Assembly: GCA_000708835.1 (NCBI GenBank)
Contig: DF237054.1
Coordinates: 62,001 to 126,000, forward strand
Length of the DNA: 64,000 nt
Direction: 5' to 3'
Source: Klebsormidium nitens
Lineage: Eukaryota; Plantae; Klebsormidiophyceae
Part shown: positions 24,701 through 38,668 of the stretch, one piece after another
How positions within the stretch are numbered: position 1 is the stretch's first letter
How the letters are laid out: every line of letters begins with the position of its first letter
Notes under the pieces: generated by a model
Databases searched by the model: none
Told to the model about the DNA's origin: nothing
Seen by the model: only the letters and a program-made list of their open reading frames with translations
Position numbers and translations under genes: made by a program

Positions 24701-26009
24701 GGCCCACAAAAACGCACTGACGATACCACTGAAACTTTCGAATGGAAGTTGGTCGATAAAATGAAAGATGGTCTAAGTGAGTGTCTCACCATAGCCGTAC
24801 GACGCCAAGTCGCAGCAGAAGGCGCTATACGTGGTCCTCATTGCGAAGAGGCCGTGCGAGAAGATGACCACCGGAAACTTTCCCTTCGCACTCTTGTCCT
24901 CTGACGCAGGCTGCAGACCAGCATACGCTGGAAGGGAGATCCCATATGCATACAGGTGGAAGATTGCTGCACAGAGAAGACGGAGCGGGGTTTGGGTTGA
25001 CTTTTTCATTGGGCAAAAAGGTTGTGGAAGGGTGTCAGAAGGTTCACTGAAACTGGACATGAAGAAGTGTTGTGAGTTTGAACAAGGTAGTAATGTGTCT
25101 TCTGATTGAGTAGATGCGGTGGTAATATCTGACCAGCTCTTGCACTTGGAAGAAGCAGTGGAAGTAAGCCATTTAGGATGTGCAGAAGCCCTGAAAGGGA
25201 AGAAGATCTTGAAGAGGGAGCACCTTCGAAACGACAGCAGAATACAAGGCAGAAGATAGACACTCGACGGTTCCGACCAACTTTCGCGACGATAGTCCCC
25301 AGAAAGAACCAAGTCCAAGCATACAAACTTCCAACTTGAGGGAAATGAAGGTTTGAAAGTTGCATGCAACAAGTATGGCACTCTCATGCCAGTTCAATCT
25401 AAATCTCTCTCCTTTGTTGCAAATAGATGATTTCCAGAACTTACCGCCAGCCATGTACATCAGTGTCCTTTTCACAAACGTCTTCTGCCACAAAACGACG
25501 TTCGCAAACCCCAGCGCGTACATGAACCCAGGCAGCCACCGCCTAAGGAACCACGAACCATTGGCCTTCTCCTGTGTCGGATACCAGAATCTGACCAGCG
25601 GGGGGGGGATGCTCTCCCCCTTTTCCGCAGGCCCTTTCTGCTCCCCCGGAACAGACGCCAACTTCTCCCCTGCCGGTCGTGCCTTCCCCTCGGATGCGCG
25701 AACGCTCCGCTGATGAGATTCGGACTCGTGCCTCATCTGGTCCTCCTCAAAACTCGTCTGACTCAGCAACGTCCGAACGGGCGACCGGCCTTTGTCAGCG
25801 TTTGCTTCAAGATCTTGGTCAGGGCTGGGCGACCGGTCGGACCCCCCCTCCTGAATATCAACGTACTCCTGCCCAACATCACCCTCGTGGGGCACGAATA
25901 CGTAGTCGCTCTCAACAGGCACCTCGCGCTTGGGCAGCTTGGCCCCTGGTCGCAGCTCAAAGTCGGCAAAAGCAACCTTGTAAGGCCCCAGCAGGGGTGG
26001 GAAACCCAT
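21771..26009 (-). CDS. PAF-acetylhydrolase-like (lipoprotein-associated PLA2 family) serine hydrolase (~483 aa)
   Basis: Exons 26009-25445, 24966-24790, 24193-24039, 23476-23228, 22148-21848 and a probable 5-nt coding last exon 21775-21771. Motifs: FPVVIFSHGL, DLASYGYVVISLEHRDGTA, GHSFGAAT (Ser), VALDCW (Asp), TKHTNQSD (His). Confidence 0.9.
22171..22230 (-). repeat. 11-bp tandem repeat of the branch-point region (GGGTTAGGACA; TGTCCTAACCC on the gene strand), ~5 copies
   Basis: Copies at 22171, 22182, 22193, then degenerate at 22204 and 22214, immediately upstream of the acceptor at 22150-22149. Confidence 0.85.
22955..23275 (-). repeat. Echo copies of the 3' end plus donor of PAF-AH exon 4
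   Basis: Real donor at 23227; copies at 23081 (KACVALDCWWEPFGE|GT) and 22959 (ACAALDCCWEQFS|GT). Confidence 0.9.
23800..24400 (-). repeat. Echo copies on both sides of PAF-AH exon 3
   Basis: Donor copies at 23909 and 23815 (real donor 24038). Acceptor copy at 24313 (real acceptor 24194). A partial third 5' copy lies at ~24365-24392. Confidence 0.9.
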
Positions 26010-26359
26010 CTTGCAGGGCTTTCAAGCACCAGCCTCAGGAGAACGTTCACTACAAATTCGTGTAAAACTGAGATCAATTGCACCGAGTTAGAGAATGACC
26101 GAATCCACAGGATATATCAGAAGGCAGCTCAGGTAAGCTAGCTTGTAGTTGCGCTGGGGCGACTCCCCAGGAGTTGAGCTGAGCCGGTGAAGCAGAATTG
26201 CGTCCCTGCAAAAAGACACCATACAAGAAAGAATCAAAGGGAGGTTTCGAGAGCTTCCTCCAGCTGGGCTTCTTCAATTCCAGGGACACGTGGCAGTGTG
26301 TGAACAGCAAGAAACCTGAGCCTCAACTTTTAGGGTTGTGCAGATCATGCCCCTTTATT

Positions 26360-26368
26360 TTAGGGTTT
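26360..26368. promoter_or_regulatory. Telo-box in the PAF-AH / 2OG-oxygenase divergent promoter
   Basis: TTAGGGTTT, with a second TTAGGGTT at 26330. Confidence 0.4.
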
Positions 26369-26507
26369 TGCCAGGCGCTTTGATTTGTGGCGGGAACACG
26401 CTGTGTAGCATTCAAGCTTGTATACTCGATTCGGATCACTCCTGAATATCTTGATCAAAGTCGCCCTCTTCGAAGGCATCAGCGCCTCTGCTCATCATTC
26501 GGCAGCA

Positions 26508-29500
26508 ATGGAGCTGCCAGTCATCGACCTGGCTCCTTACTTGTCCTCCCAGGCTGCGAACGAAGATTCCGCTGACAGCTTGTCTGAGACTGACGCTCTG
26601 AAGAGACTGTGCAAGCATGTTGCTGATTGCTTGAAAGAGGCGGGGGCCCTTGTCGTGCGGGACCCACGGTGTTCGACGGAGGACAACGACAGGTTTCTAG
26701 ACATGATGGAGACGTACTTTGGGAAGCCCGATGAGTTCAAGAGGCAGCAGGCGCGGCCTGACCTACACTACCAGGTAAGGCGGCGCGCTCGTTGCGGGAT
26801 CATGGCGAATGTGGCTTTGAAAGCCTGACTCCGTCAGTAACAGCGATGCTTAGGTGTACTTTTGGCTTTCCCCGTCATGAGATGAAAGCCAGGAAGGGTG
26901 CACACCGTGCGGCGTGCGTCGAACCAGCTTCCTCAGATTCCTAAGTACTTCCGTGGAATTGTGAGGCTCTTTCCAAAGGTTGCAAAGTCCTCCATAGTCA
27001 CTCAGTCACTGGTTTGCATGGACAAATACTGTGTGAACCTGCATGCAAATATATTCGCAGATATTTGCCCAAAAGCCCTGATTGTCAGCATTCTGTTGCA
27101 CGATCAAGCAAACCCAGTCCAATTCTTTCCTGTACGAACCTTGCATATTGGTTATCTCTGCTTCAACTCAGCGTCTTTAGCCCGGCTGACTTAGATGCCA
27201 GTTCTTTAAAGCTGAAGCCTCAGAACGTTCGCTTTTCAGGTGGGGGTCACGCCAGAGGGTGTGGAGCTCCCCCGGAGTGCAGTAGATTCTTCAGTGTGCG
27301 CCGATGTGAACGGCCTTTCGGAAGAGAATCGACCGCAGCTGCCAACGGGTCCTGATCCAAAGTGGCGGTACATGTGGAGGGTTGGGCCCCGACCAGGGAA
27401 GACGAGATTTCAGGTGCGGTCGATTGCTCTTGGACTTGCACGTCTGAAACATACTCTAATTCAATACTGAGACCTACTCTGGTCCAAAAAATGCATCAGT
27501 TTTCAGAGGAGGTCCACATAAATCTGTTCATACTTGACCAAAATAGATGTGGCGTTGACTTTCGATGCAGGGGTGGAGTTTATTGATCAAGGTTCCAATG
27601 TTTGATTACGGCTGGGCCCCAGTCCAACCGATTGAAGAGGAAATCATTTCGTCAGTGTCCCCACGTTTCAGAGCTTTCTCACAATTGGCGCCTCATCTTT
27701 GAAGGCTTGAAGGATCCGTTCCTTACTCTAGCGACACTTCTCCTTGTGCCTTGCAGGAGCTGAATGCGGAACCAGTGATCCCGCCCGGATTCCCAGAGTG
27801 GGCCGACGTGATGAACACCTGGGGGAGGAAGATGATTGCTGCAGTCGAGGTGAGATACTGTCTGAGGTCATCAACTCTGATTGGGCCCGGCTAAGCTTGG
27901 CAATGATCGGACAAGAACAACTGCTCTCATTGACAAAAGTGCGGCGGGGTGCAGTTTCCGACTTGACATTGATTGACATGCATCAATTCGGAAGCAGTTC
28001 ACAGAAAGGTTCAGGCAAAGATATTGCGAGTCAGATCAGACAGTTCCTGGATTGCCAACAGTAGTTTTCAACCATCAAAGAGTGTCCGGTTGATACGGAG
28101 TGTTTCCCTGATTGTTCGTACCATGTTCGCAGGTCGTTGCAGAGATGTTAGCCATAGGCTTTGGCTTGGAAAGGGACGCCATCACGAACTTGATGCACCA
28201 GGTGAGTCCTATGAAGAGTTTGTAATTGAGCGTACAGGATACGTAAACGGTGCGCGAGAAGGGTCCCTGTTTCTGCCGTGAGCTCATCTGCTGTCGTCCC
28301 AAGTAGATGGGACGGTTTAACTCGATCTTTTGAGTTACAAAGAAGCACTTTCTTGGTACATTAGAGGGGTACGTTTGTGCATTTCCATCGGAGTCAACAA
28401 ACGGAACCAACTGACGGCTCCGCAATCCAAGTCAACAAGGTCTGAGTGCTTTTGAAAAGCTCGTTTGTATTTCTTCGTTTGCAGGGGCCCCATTTGCTGG
28501 CCCCAACCGGCAGTGACCTCTCACGGTATGGAAAGGGCACCGTTTTCGCGGGTTATCACTACGACTTGAACGTGATGACCATTCACGGGAAGAGCCGGTT
28601 CCCGGGCCTCTTCATCTGGTTACGGGACGGGACGCGGGTGCCTGTCAAGGTACCTGATGGGTGCTTGTTGCTACAAGCAGGCAAGCAGGTAATCTTCAAA
28701 CCCAAACCCAAATTAGGTCCTGTGAGATCTCTCTCTTTCTTAGCCCGGCTCAGACTCGTCAAAACGTAACGGATCGTTTTGTCCGTTGTCTGTCTCGTGC
28801 AAGCCCATCTGTCTCAATTTCTGGGGACACGGTTCGGAATGATTCAAACATCAGGATCCTGCAATCCCTTCTTGTTGTTAGTGGACTTGGATACGTAGGG
28901 CTCTGCTGGCCCCCGGATCAGCACCCGAATTTTTTGCGACTCGGGAATTGCTGAAAGGAGTGTTCAAGCATTCGCATATTCTTGTCAGACTTCGGCCTTG
29001 CCTTCTCGATCGACCATTTGTGCAGCTGAATCATTCTTCCAACACTAGAACAGATGGCGCACTATGTGCACGACTCCAGATTGAATAAGCTCGAACGGCT
29101 TCGAACTAGCAGTCTTGACAGGAAAGGGGACACTCAAGATAAATTAGAAAGAGAGCCCTTGACGAACGTGAGAAATGTGCACTAGAGAGATGGCGAAAAC
29201 TGTAACTCGAACAGAAGGATGAACGGTGATAACGACTGGTCTTCTGCTCCCAAATAGAGCCGCTGCGGAAAGTTTCCTTATTGTTGACTCCGCGGAAACA
29301 GTGGGCTACGAGTGCACAAACATTCGAACGGTGAGAAGGAGGTTGCGGGGGCGAATGAATCTCGAAACTAAGTCTGCGGGGACGATCGAACGGTTAGCTT
29401 CAAATGACGCCCGCTTCTGCAGTTGGAGTGGTTAACCGGGGGCGAGTGCAAAGCGGGGATGCACGAGGTTGCAGTATCGGAGCAAACGCTGCAAGCGGTC

Positions 29501-30416
29501 GAGCGGGCGCGGAGGGAAGGGCGCAGCCTGTGGCGGGTTTCTTCGACGGTGAGCGTGCGGATCCACCTTGTCTCTTTTCTTTTTCGTTCTATTTCCTTCC
29601 ATCGGAAACTGGTCTTGCCCTTGTGATCTTCTTGACTACACTGCTAGTTGGTCCCTGAAAGCAACCGGTTGTTAGACAAAATCAAACCTCGTCGAAAACT
29701 CGTCAGTCAATCCGTTGGATCCTCTTTCAGTACGGGCTTCCGTCTTGAACCTTGTCTTATCAGCCACACCAAAGATGTGGGTTGCCTGGAGAAGGCAGGA
29801 TAGTTGTGGACTTCATTTTCCACCCTTAGAAGCGGGTTTGAGTCTACGAATCTTTGTCTGAACCCCCTCTGCAATTGAGTAGTTATCTGGAATTCCACCG
29901 TTCATTCGCTTAACGCTTAAGTGGGCGGCTTTTGGAGCTTCATGTCATTCTTCACGCGGTCAAATCAAACAAAGAAAAGAAAGGTCTGCATCCGGACTCA
30001 CCATTCCTCGCAGGTTTTTGGACACATTGCGTCCGACGCCAATTTGCAGCCGCTCGGACACTTCGCGGACAGCCCGACCGCCCATTTGTACCCGCCCATC
30101 GCCGCGGGGGAGTTCGTCGAGGCGGAGCTGTCCGCCATCAATCTGAAGCGCCAGCGGGTGCAGGTAAGACATGACAAACTAAGCACAACTAGGAAGCTTA
30201 AGGGATAGTATGGTTGCCAGTCTGAGATGGGATGGGTTATTCTGAGAGTTCAAGGCGGGTAGAGGTGCGCAGCAGGTGACTTCATGTGTTAGGGTTCTAG
30301 CGTGAAGTGTTGAGGTTTATTACTATTGCTTACTTGTCGGAAATGGTCACGTCATGGTGCAGGTACAGCCGGGAACGACAGACCAGGCTGCCGTAATCAT
30401 TGACGAGGATACTTAA
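26508..30416 (+). CDS. 2-oxoglutarate/Fe(II)-dependent oxygenase, isopenicillin-N-synthase-like family (378 aa)
   Basis: Exons 26508-26774, 27240-27413, 27757-27849, 28133-28201, 28485-28688, 29423-29548, 30014-30163, 30363-30416. Motifs: MELPVIDL, HYD (HxD), GMHEV, WRVSST (RxS). Confidence 0.92.
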
Positions 30417-31649
30417 GCCAATGGATGTTGTGGTTCCCGAGTCGCGAAGTCAGACCGAGCGGCCTTGACCATAACGAAGAACGCTGCGCTAATACTGGTC
30501 TGATCGGAAGTCAAGGTGATGGTTTGTCGGCCTGACTGCTGCTGGCGAGGGTTCTGCCGGGGGTGATTGACTATTGTCGGTCGATGGCTATCAACGCAAT
30601 AGCAAGAGGGACCGAGACGTAAGCTTGGTTGACCCCATCGTGTTGAGGAACTTTTGGCTGCTGCACCATAATATGCGCCCCCCCCCTATCAAGAAAAAGA
30701 TAGAAGCGGTACATTAGGAGTTGGGCGGGACGGAATGTGGGTCAAAGGGACAACCTCCGTGGTTGATGTACATAATTCTGGTAATCTATACGGGTTCATC
30801 CATGGAAATGCACCTCCGCTTTGAAGTCATTGTGTGCTTGGACCTTAAGTAGTCACCGGAAGGCGAATTCGATGCTCAATGAGCACTGTGCGGAGATGTT
30901 GCCTTCATCATGCGTGCAGGCCGCGCAAAGAAGAAGTTCCTTTTGTGGTGGCCGACCTGGTGAGCCGCACAAGCACTAAATTTTATCATCACGGTGATGG
31001 TTTCGAATTGATATGTGCATGTTATTGAATGCGGGGTGGCGGGGGTGGCGGGCCCGGGCGCCGCGCAGATTTTCATATAGAAGCACACGTGATGACATAT
31101 AGTTCAATTCTGTCAAGCAAATTGCCGCATGTCTCGCTCACATGCATGGGCCTTACATAGACTTCCTCGATTGCATACATGGCCGGTATGCATGATGTAC
31201 GAGTAATTTCAAACCTCTATAGCTATACGGCTTATAAACCGCGAAGTTACCTCGTGTAAGTATACTACATTAGTGGCCACGTACCGTCACCTAGTATATT
31301 GCAACATGGCTATGGTACTAAGATGGAAACCGACGATAATTGGAATCGCACATATGTGAATCCTGTATTCCATCTTCCGAAGTAATGGCACTCGCCTAGC
31401 TGCAGTCAATATGCCGTCTGGGCTCAAGGCGTTTCATAATCTGGCGCAGCTGCACGCAAGGGGCTACCGTATCCTTACAAAGAATGGCCAGCTAGCTCAA
31501 TTTGGTACATGGTAAATCAACCGGCGTTTGGTCTGCATACGACTACCTACTATCTACTATACAGCTTGTGTCTCGATCTGTCGGTCAGCTAGAAGCATGG
31601 TGTCGCAATGCATTGAAACGTCTTCGAGTAGCTGACGAATGCGTCAAGA

Positions 31650-34323
31650 TCATAGCTGTTTCAACGAGTCGAGCGTCCGTTTGAAGAACCCGGCCAAGCC
31701 CGAGCTGCTCGACTGTTCCCTCGAATTACCAAAGTGCTCCGTCTCTACGTGTCGGATCAGCGTCACTGGGTCCGGAAACGCCCGCTGGCACTTCGGACAA
31801 ATGTCAGGCCCCGCAGGTTGCCCCGACTGACTATGTACCGCTTCCGAATGAGCAATAAGTTCGTTCACATTGTCACACCGGAAATGGCAAACCGGACATT
31901 CTTCGGCCCCCGTGCTTCCGTTACTACTCCGTTCAGCGACCCCGGCTCCTTGCATCCTCCGGAAAGCACTACCCTGAACCGTATTCTGAGGGGAGCTGGG
32001 TATCGCAGCTGCTTGTTTTGGCGGTACGCGTTTTGGGTTTGCAGCCGGTTTAGAGTTCGAACCCGATTTTGAGGAGTTGGGTTTGGAGGAAGAAGCTGCG
32101 GAGGCAGCAGCCGACGTGCCGAACGTGTTGTTGAAGCTCTGCAGGAACTTCTTTCCGTATGCGGTGGCCGTTTTGGCGGCGGTGGGCTTTCCGGGGCAGA
32201 GGTGCTCGGGGCCAAAGCGGTGCCTTAGACAGACCACTTGTTGGCACTCCTTGCATTGCACCTGGCAAGGAAATCATGAGCGCTATCGGATCTTGGAAGA
32301 GATGGACAGAACTCCTCAGAGGCGTCATAATGAGGACGATTCGGAGGCGTCACGGACGATCTGTATGAACGAGCTTCTATTCCCGACATGAGCATAACAG
32401 CCCACCAGATAAGCACAGCGGGAATACTGGGAGGGAAATACGGGGCTCGACTCAGTGAGTATGGATTAGAGATTAGCTCAGATTGCCGTGGTCTGCAGTT
32501 AGATGAAGATGTCACGATCCCATCCTATGCAGACAGCAGGCACGTTGTCCAGACTCTTCTTCCCCTTGCTTATCCACTGCAATCCAAAGGGAAGTTTTCG
32601 AGCAGCCACCGAGTGCCGATGCTTTTAAAGCCCTACCTATATTCATCAGCTCAATCGCTGACAGGGGCTCTGGTAATTGACTCAGGTTTAAGTAGTGTGG
32701 GTCTCGTTATGTTACGAGGTCTTCTTGCCTGTGCCCAACTTCTCGAAGTCGTTAGAAGGGACTCTAATTAAAAGCTCCGCCCCTATCACATTCTTCGCTC
32801 GGAATGCAACCCGCGACTCGTTTCAGTCCCACTTTTGATCCTTATCGGATCCAAAAAAGAGTTTGCACCCATTCATCGCTACAGAGCAGATGACCGGACA
32901 CTGTATATATCCATCGTCCGGCTTCAAGGAGATGCCTATCCAGAATAAGCATCCTAGGGCCCAAATCCCGATTTCGATGTCCCCTTCCACCTGCTCTCCA
33001 ACCTATCAAAGGCTCACCTTGTTCGAAAACGTGAGCTGCTCCCTGCACCCCACCACCGGACACCGCGGCTTCCGTTTCGCCTTCGCGTAGTTCGCAGGAT
33101 CGCATCCAGCGCTCGAAGCGTGCCGGTCCCACGTCACATTTGAATCTTCACCGGGAATGATCCGGACCGCCTTCGCGCAGATTGGACACAAGAGAACGGA
33201 CGCGTCGCCGGCACCGGCTTTCGGACAGGAGTGGGCTCCGTAGAGGCGGTGTTCCAGGCAGAAGACCTGTTGTGGGGAGTACAGAATTTAGAATTAACAT
33301 GTTTTGCAAAATCTCTGGATTCCCTTTGTCGGCTTTGCGGGATGGTAGTCTCTGCCAACACGCTGTACTCAGGGGATTCGATGAGAACAAAGAGGATATA
33401 GAGTTACTTTGTAGGAAAGTCGTACAGGAAAGTGAGATCTCCAGGCGGCTTGATATAAAGATTAGTTTCAGGACAATAGGACGTTATGGTTATGAACCTG
33501 GCTTCTTTCCGACCATTTGGTGGAGCAATCACTTCCGCTGGTGTTATGGTTTGGAGGAACGTTGCTCAGAAGGCGGCAATCAAAACAAACTTTGTAGCAT
33601 GGAAGACGAGAGAACTTTGTGACTTTCAATTTTGTTGGAGGTTTTCCAAGGGGGTGCAAATAGCTTTCCCTTACTCTCATCATACCTGCTGAAAGGGGTG
33701 CAAGAACGACTCCGTAAGTAGAACAAGATTGAGCTTGATACAACCATAGAAAAGCAGAGTCCCGAGCTTCCATATTCCACAGCGCTAGAACTCCTGAAAT
33801 TCTGGCGCCGTACATGGTTTTGAAATGCCACCACAGAAGCAGTTCTTTGAACAGGTTTGTTCGAGTTGACTGGTGGGTGCGCATGATTGCAATCAAGCTC
33901 AGGCAAAAATGCGTGACAAGAATGAAGCAGACAAGCTAGCGTAGTGCTAAAGGAGTGAGGATCAGTCCCAGAGGGAGTTCTCTACCATTTTGAAGGGTAG
34001 ACCACGAGGGCGTTGGACAGAAAGTTGGACCATGCCTCTTGAGAGAGGAAGGGCGAAACAAGACTAACTGAAGGCCCATCAGAACCCTGAACCCAGGTTA
34101 TCCCAGCTGACAGCATTCCTCACGAACAACGCTTCAAACCCGAAAAACTACAAATCGGCTCAGCCAACGCAAAAGCAAGGAAGCTGCGGCAACTTCTTAA
34201 GTAGCAAGTAACAAATGAGCTGACCTTTGAACATCCGTCGCATTTGAACGGTAGAAAGTCCACCTGCCCGCAGTCGGCCCTTGAGCAATGCTCCCCAAGA
34301 TCCGGGATCAGAAGGGTGCCCAT
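31650..34323 (-). CDS. AN1-type zinc finger stress-associated protein, 2x AN1 + 2x C2H2 (ZFAND2/SAP11-13-like, 319 aa)
   Basis: Exons 34323-34225, 33266-33018, 32261-31650. Motifs: [74 protein letters not shown]...H...H, CPKC...H...H. Confidence 0.93.
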
Positions 34324-35012
34324 CACCAACCGAACCAACTATTCCAAGCAGAAGTTGCGGTTTTGGGTTGGTTGTCCAGCGCCTCTACCCTTGGAGCTGC
34401 TAGGTGCCTTTAGCTGAGTGCCCAGCTTGGCGATGGCGCTATCTGCCTGCCCACCTGCGTCCCCTCTGCCGCTGCATGCGCCCTGAGCCCTCACCCCAGC
34501 TCAATTTCAATCTAGGCATGGGGTCAGTCCCGCGGCTTACACGATAATGATATTCGTTACTGACATCATATGAAAGGCGCGGTAACGATGCCTTCAGTTT
34601 TCCTCAACCTAGATGCTAGCGAGGCTTTCCAGCTTCGCCATGCTCCTTTTTGTTGGCACCATTGTAACTGATTGCAATAAAGTTCAGATGCTTGAAGAGG
34701 TCCATGGTGGTCGGTCAACATCTGCTTCATCCTTTTATCACATATCAGATCTTCTGCTCTGAAGCTAAAGCTTTTTCAGGAACCAGAAATGTTTCTTGAA
34801 ATAGAAATGTGACGTGCTGATGTTAGTAAGGCTTGCCTCACCAACAGAATTAGTTCCGTCGCTTATCTCATTCCCATCGTCATCAGATTGCCAAGCAAAG
34901 GACGGGCTACAGCTCAAACGAAAGACCGCCACTTTTGCTGAAACTCCATAAATAGAACAACGGTGGTACGATAGAGACGTAAAAAGTTTAGGCATCCATC
35001 TTAGGAAGCGCA

Positions 35013-37526
35013 ATGGCATCAAACAAATTTCAGCCCTCCTCAGATGATTCGTCCAGCGATGATGAGGAGGAACGCGCCAGAATGGCGGCCATCCAGTCAG
35101 TAGCCATAGAGTCTTCCGCCGTCGTGCAAAGTGCGGCCACATCAAAGAACAAAGCACAGGCCCGGAGAAAAAGGGCGCAGGCTGACGCAGACGGGAGCGA
35201 TGCGAGTGGGGATGAACAGAATGGGGGGCTGAAGCACTACCAATTGAAGGTGCTGACCAAATGCTAGGACGAAATCCTGCATCTGGAGCTTGATTGCCCT
35301 TTCCTCGAGTGTTTTTACAGTGTTCTTCTCTGGACGGAAGGGAGCTGAAGGGCTCAATATCATTGAACTGAGTTGTTCTAATTACTACCGATTGGGCGAC
35401 GGCTTGAGGTTTTTGACTTCCCCTTTCAAGTAGAACCTCTTCTGCCATTAGCTTGTGCAGGACCGATCGTAGTCCCAGGACTGTCTGTGATCAGTCTAGA
35501 ATCCACACTCTCCTCGAGGAGTCCTGCCACAAACTTTGGTCAGATTCTGCTCCATCAGACTGGTCAAAGTAGTTAATCTTCTATCAGATATGAGCAACGT
35601 GACGGAGTTCCTAGTTTGAGACCTTGAGCGCCCTTCCACAGGCCCAGGATGCTCTGCACGACTTTCTGGACACAACTTTTGGCCGCCTGATCAGCGATGC
35701 TGGGGGGACAGCTGTTAGCGAAGACTCCTCTTCTTCTGATGCTGAAGACGAGGACGGTGGTACAACAAATGGGGGGGAGTCGAACAAGGACACTCCAGGC
35801 TTTCAGCTCTTTGGTCGACTGCCTAAGCGAAAAGCTCCGACGGAGTCAGGTGAGACTGGGGAACAGCGCTCCTGTCAGGTTCCCAAATTTGGAAACCTTT
35901 GGTGTTCTTGAATAGTCGAATTTGGAAGTTCCCTTTGAAATCTCCGCTTCAACTACTCGAAAAGCAGGTGATCCAAGCAAAGTCTTACTTCCAAAAATTG
36001 GTTTCAAGATCGCCAAGACTTTGTATGTTGCTTTTCTCTTTTACGTAGTTTCACAAAAGTTTGAGCTGGAAACAAGTTTTACACAATATTGAGTGAATCT
36101 TCGTTTTGCTGCACACAAGTATCCGGCATTTACCATGCGCTGTTCATATCATGCACATCCCCAGTCTCAAAAGTGAAGTTGCGGCTAACGGCGAAAGTCT
36201 ACGCGTTTGATGTTGCTTCTGGGGACCTGGACGGCATCCCTAGATTGACAGTTTTCAAACTGCATGCAACATCGACTACGGAAAGTCAGTTTGACGCCTT
36301 TCATAGTTCCCATTTGAAGACACGGGCTTAGTCCAGATGAAAGAAGAGCGGCTGGCCATTCTCTTTTTTGAAAGCCTGCTTTCGGGGGCCACTGAACGAT
36401 GACATGCTTCTGTTGCGGAAGATGCAAGAAAGAAGGTTCGACTGCAATTACAGCTTCGAAGACAACAGCCCTTAGCCGGGGTTCCCTTGAGCCAACTCAC
36501 CCATGCAAAGAAACTGAGCGAGACGATAAGCCTCATGTGCTCTTCACAGAGAAACGAGCCGCTGAGAGCAGCCAACGGCGGCAGAAGCGCCATGAAGAAG
36601 GACAAGAATTTGACGAAGAAGCTGCGGAGGTAGGTTCCCTGGCCCCTCCACCGACAATTCTAGTCCTTCTTCGACTTGAATTTAACCGTGATCGGTACTT
36701 AGACAACTCTGTTCTTGCTGTCCTTCGGTCTCCCTCTTCCGTGCCGTTTCCCGTTCGCCTGCGTCAGTTCAGAGGTTTGGTAGTCGGTCTCGCGATCTGG
36801 TAGCATGTACAAGTCTTTCGGAGCCGAGGGTTTGAAGAGCGGACGTGCGGGTTGGGCAGGACAGGGTGATCGACCCCTCGTTTTCTGAGTCTTACCCTTT
36901 CCCGTGACTTGACGAGACGAAGAAACAACGAGAGCGGCGTGCTTCCACTCAGAGGACATCTTCGTTTTCGAAAGGACGGCTGCTTTTCTCATCCCCGTGT
37001 GCTTGTCGCTCTTGAACAAACCACCAAAGCTTTCTTCATCCTGTTTACGTAGGTGAGGGAGAGACTGACGTCAGCGGCGGTCGAGTCTGACGTCATTCTC
37101 ATGGCGGCAGAAACGGCCGCAGGGCGTGCTGCGGCTGAGGCGAAGACCGACGAGGCGCGGCGACAGAAGGAGATGACGGACGAGGGGCAACGCATTGCGA
37201 GGTTGAAACGAGAGCGAGGAGTAGCGCAGTTGATTAAGGGCCGGATAGTAACGGTTAAGGAACCGGTTAGTGGCGAGGTTACCAAAGGGAACGGTGTGGC
37301 GGATGGTGGCGAAAGTGTAGCGGAGGAAATAGGACGAGGAAAGGGGAAGAAGAAGAAAACGACGCACCGGAAAGAAGTGGAGGATGAGTCGGAAAAGCTC
37401 GATACAAGGTCAGAAGCTGTAGAGGGGAATGCCCGGAAAGAAAGCAGCGATACGATAGAGACGCCAAAGAAGAAGAAGAAGAAGAAGAAGAAGAAGAAGA
37501 AAGATGCGGTGACGACTGAAGGATAG
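35013..37526 (+). CDS. Acidic/basic low-complexity protein, CUSTOS (C12orf43)-like (332 aa)
   Basis: Exons 35013-35249, 35642-35849, 36550-36629, 37053-37526 join in frame. Motifs: SSDDEEERARMAAI, GFQLFG, RLTSAAVESDVIL and a poly-Lys tail. The gene model is solid; the family call is tentative. Confidence 0.6.
37467..37503 (+). repeat. (AAG)n microsatellite encoding a 12-Lys run
   Basis: Direct reading of sequence. Confidence 0.95.
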
Positions 37527-38668
37527 AGCTCGCGTTGATAATCGTCGTACTATCTCTTGGAGTTTGAAACTCTTCATGAGAACCATATAGTCGACCCGAC
37601 GTTATGCCCAAAGAGCTCATGCCTTCGACACATTGATTGTCCGTTGTCAACGCGACTGCATGACCGATCAGTGACGAGTTGGACTTGAAGCACTGAAGCA
37701 TGGCGGCAACGGTAATTATTGCACTGCCTGGATGGGTTGCTAAGCCGGTATTGGGCAGATCGATTGTTGCATGCACATTAACATGCGAGACACATGCTTG
37801 AAATCGATTCTAAGTTAAATTTTTGTGTGGCCTTTTCCTACACACACATATGTAAACCGTAGATGCATGGACTCATCGAGGCATCTTTCTCCGGCCTAAA
37901 TTCATACATTAGACGCGGCGGCACATGTAAGTAAATGGATATATCCGTGTACGCAACTGCAAGCACCATGTGTTAATGTTGACCGGGGCCGCCGCGTGTG
38001 CTGTAAGATGGCTCCATGGTGGGGTTACTGCGAAGGACCGGTCGATCGTTGCGCATGGAATGCGAACTGTTCGGTGTACCACCCAGCCAACCAATGAGTC
38101 AATCGAAGTAGTCAATTCGCATTGGACGTTCTGCGAACTGGACCTGTCCAACGCAAAGCATAGTCGGCGGCCAGTCCCCAATGATCGGAAAGCTTATCAA
38201 TCGAATCAAGTGTCTGATCGGCCGGGGTCAAGCAAGCCTAGCAGCCGCGCTTCTACTCGGATTCACACCAGACCATGTATTTCGCAGTGCGACGCGGACT
38301 GCGGGTACAATTCCGTTTGGCCGCGCTTCAAATTGCATAAGGCTGAAACCATCCCTCCCGGGCCAGAAGACTTGGTGCATCCAAGGGCAAAATCGTGAGA
38401 AAGGCTTTACATTAGTGTCTTCCTCTCGACGGCCTAAGTCTTCCTATAAGCAGTGCTTGCCGAGGTGGCGTTGTGTCCAGGTGCCAGATCCAGTTTAGAA
38501 GCACTGCAACATTGGAATACGTTGCTTGTTCAGAGGATCCAAATCTGCTAGCACCAAACTTACTTACTTGGGCAGTCATTGCGACAAATTGAAGGTAGGG
38601 AAGGATGTAGCAGCTGTAAAACTTCCGACTGTACAAATAGTTTCTTTCATGGAGACTTTACGGCAGAA

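Noticed and set aside
29300-29400. Possible echo of 2OG-oxygenase exon 6
   Set aside because: Only scattered 6-8 bp matches, not distinguishable from chance.
30870-31500. Non-autonomous transposon in catg-rich intergenic DNA (also 37540-38500, 46400-46940, 50700-51540)
   Set aside because: Only 9-11 bp shared words between these regions, and no termini or TSDs could be defined.
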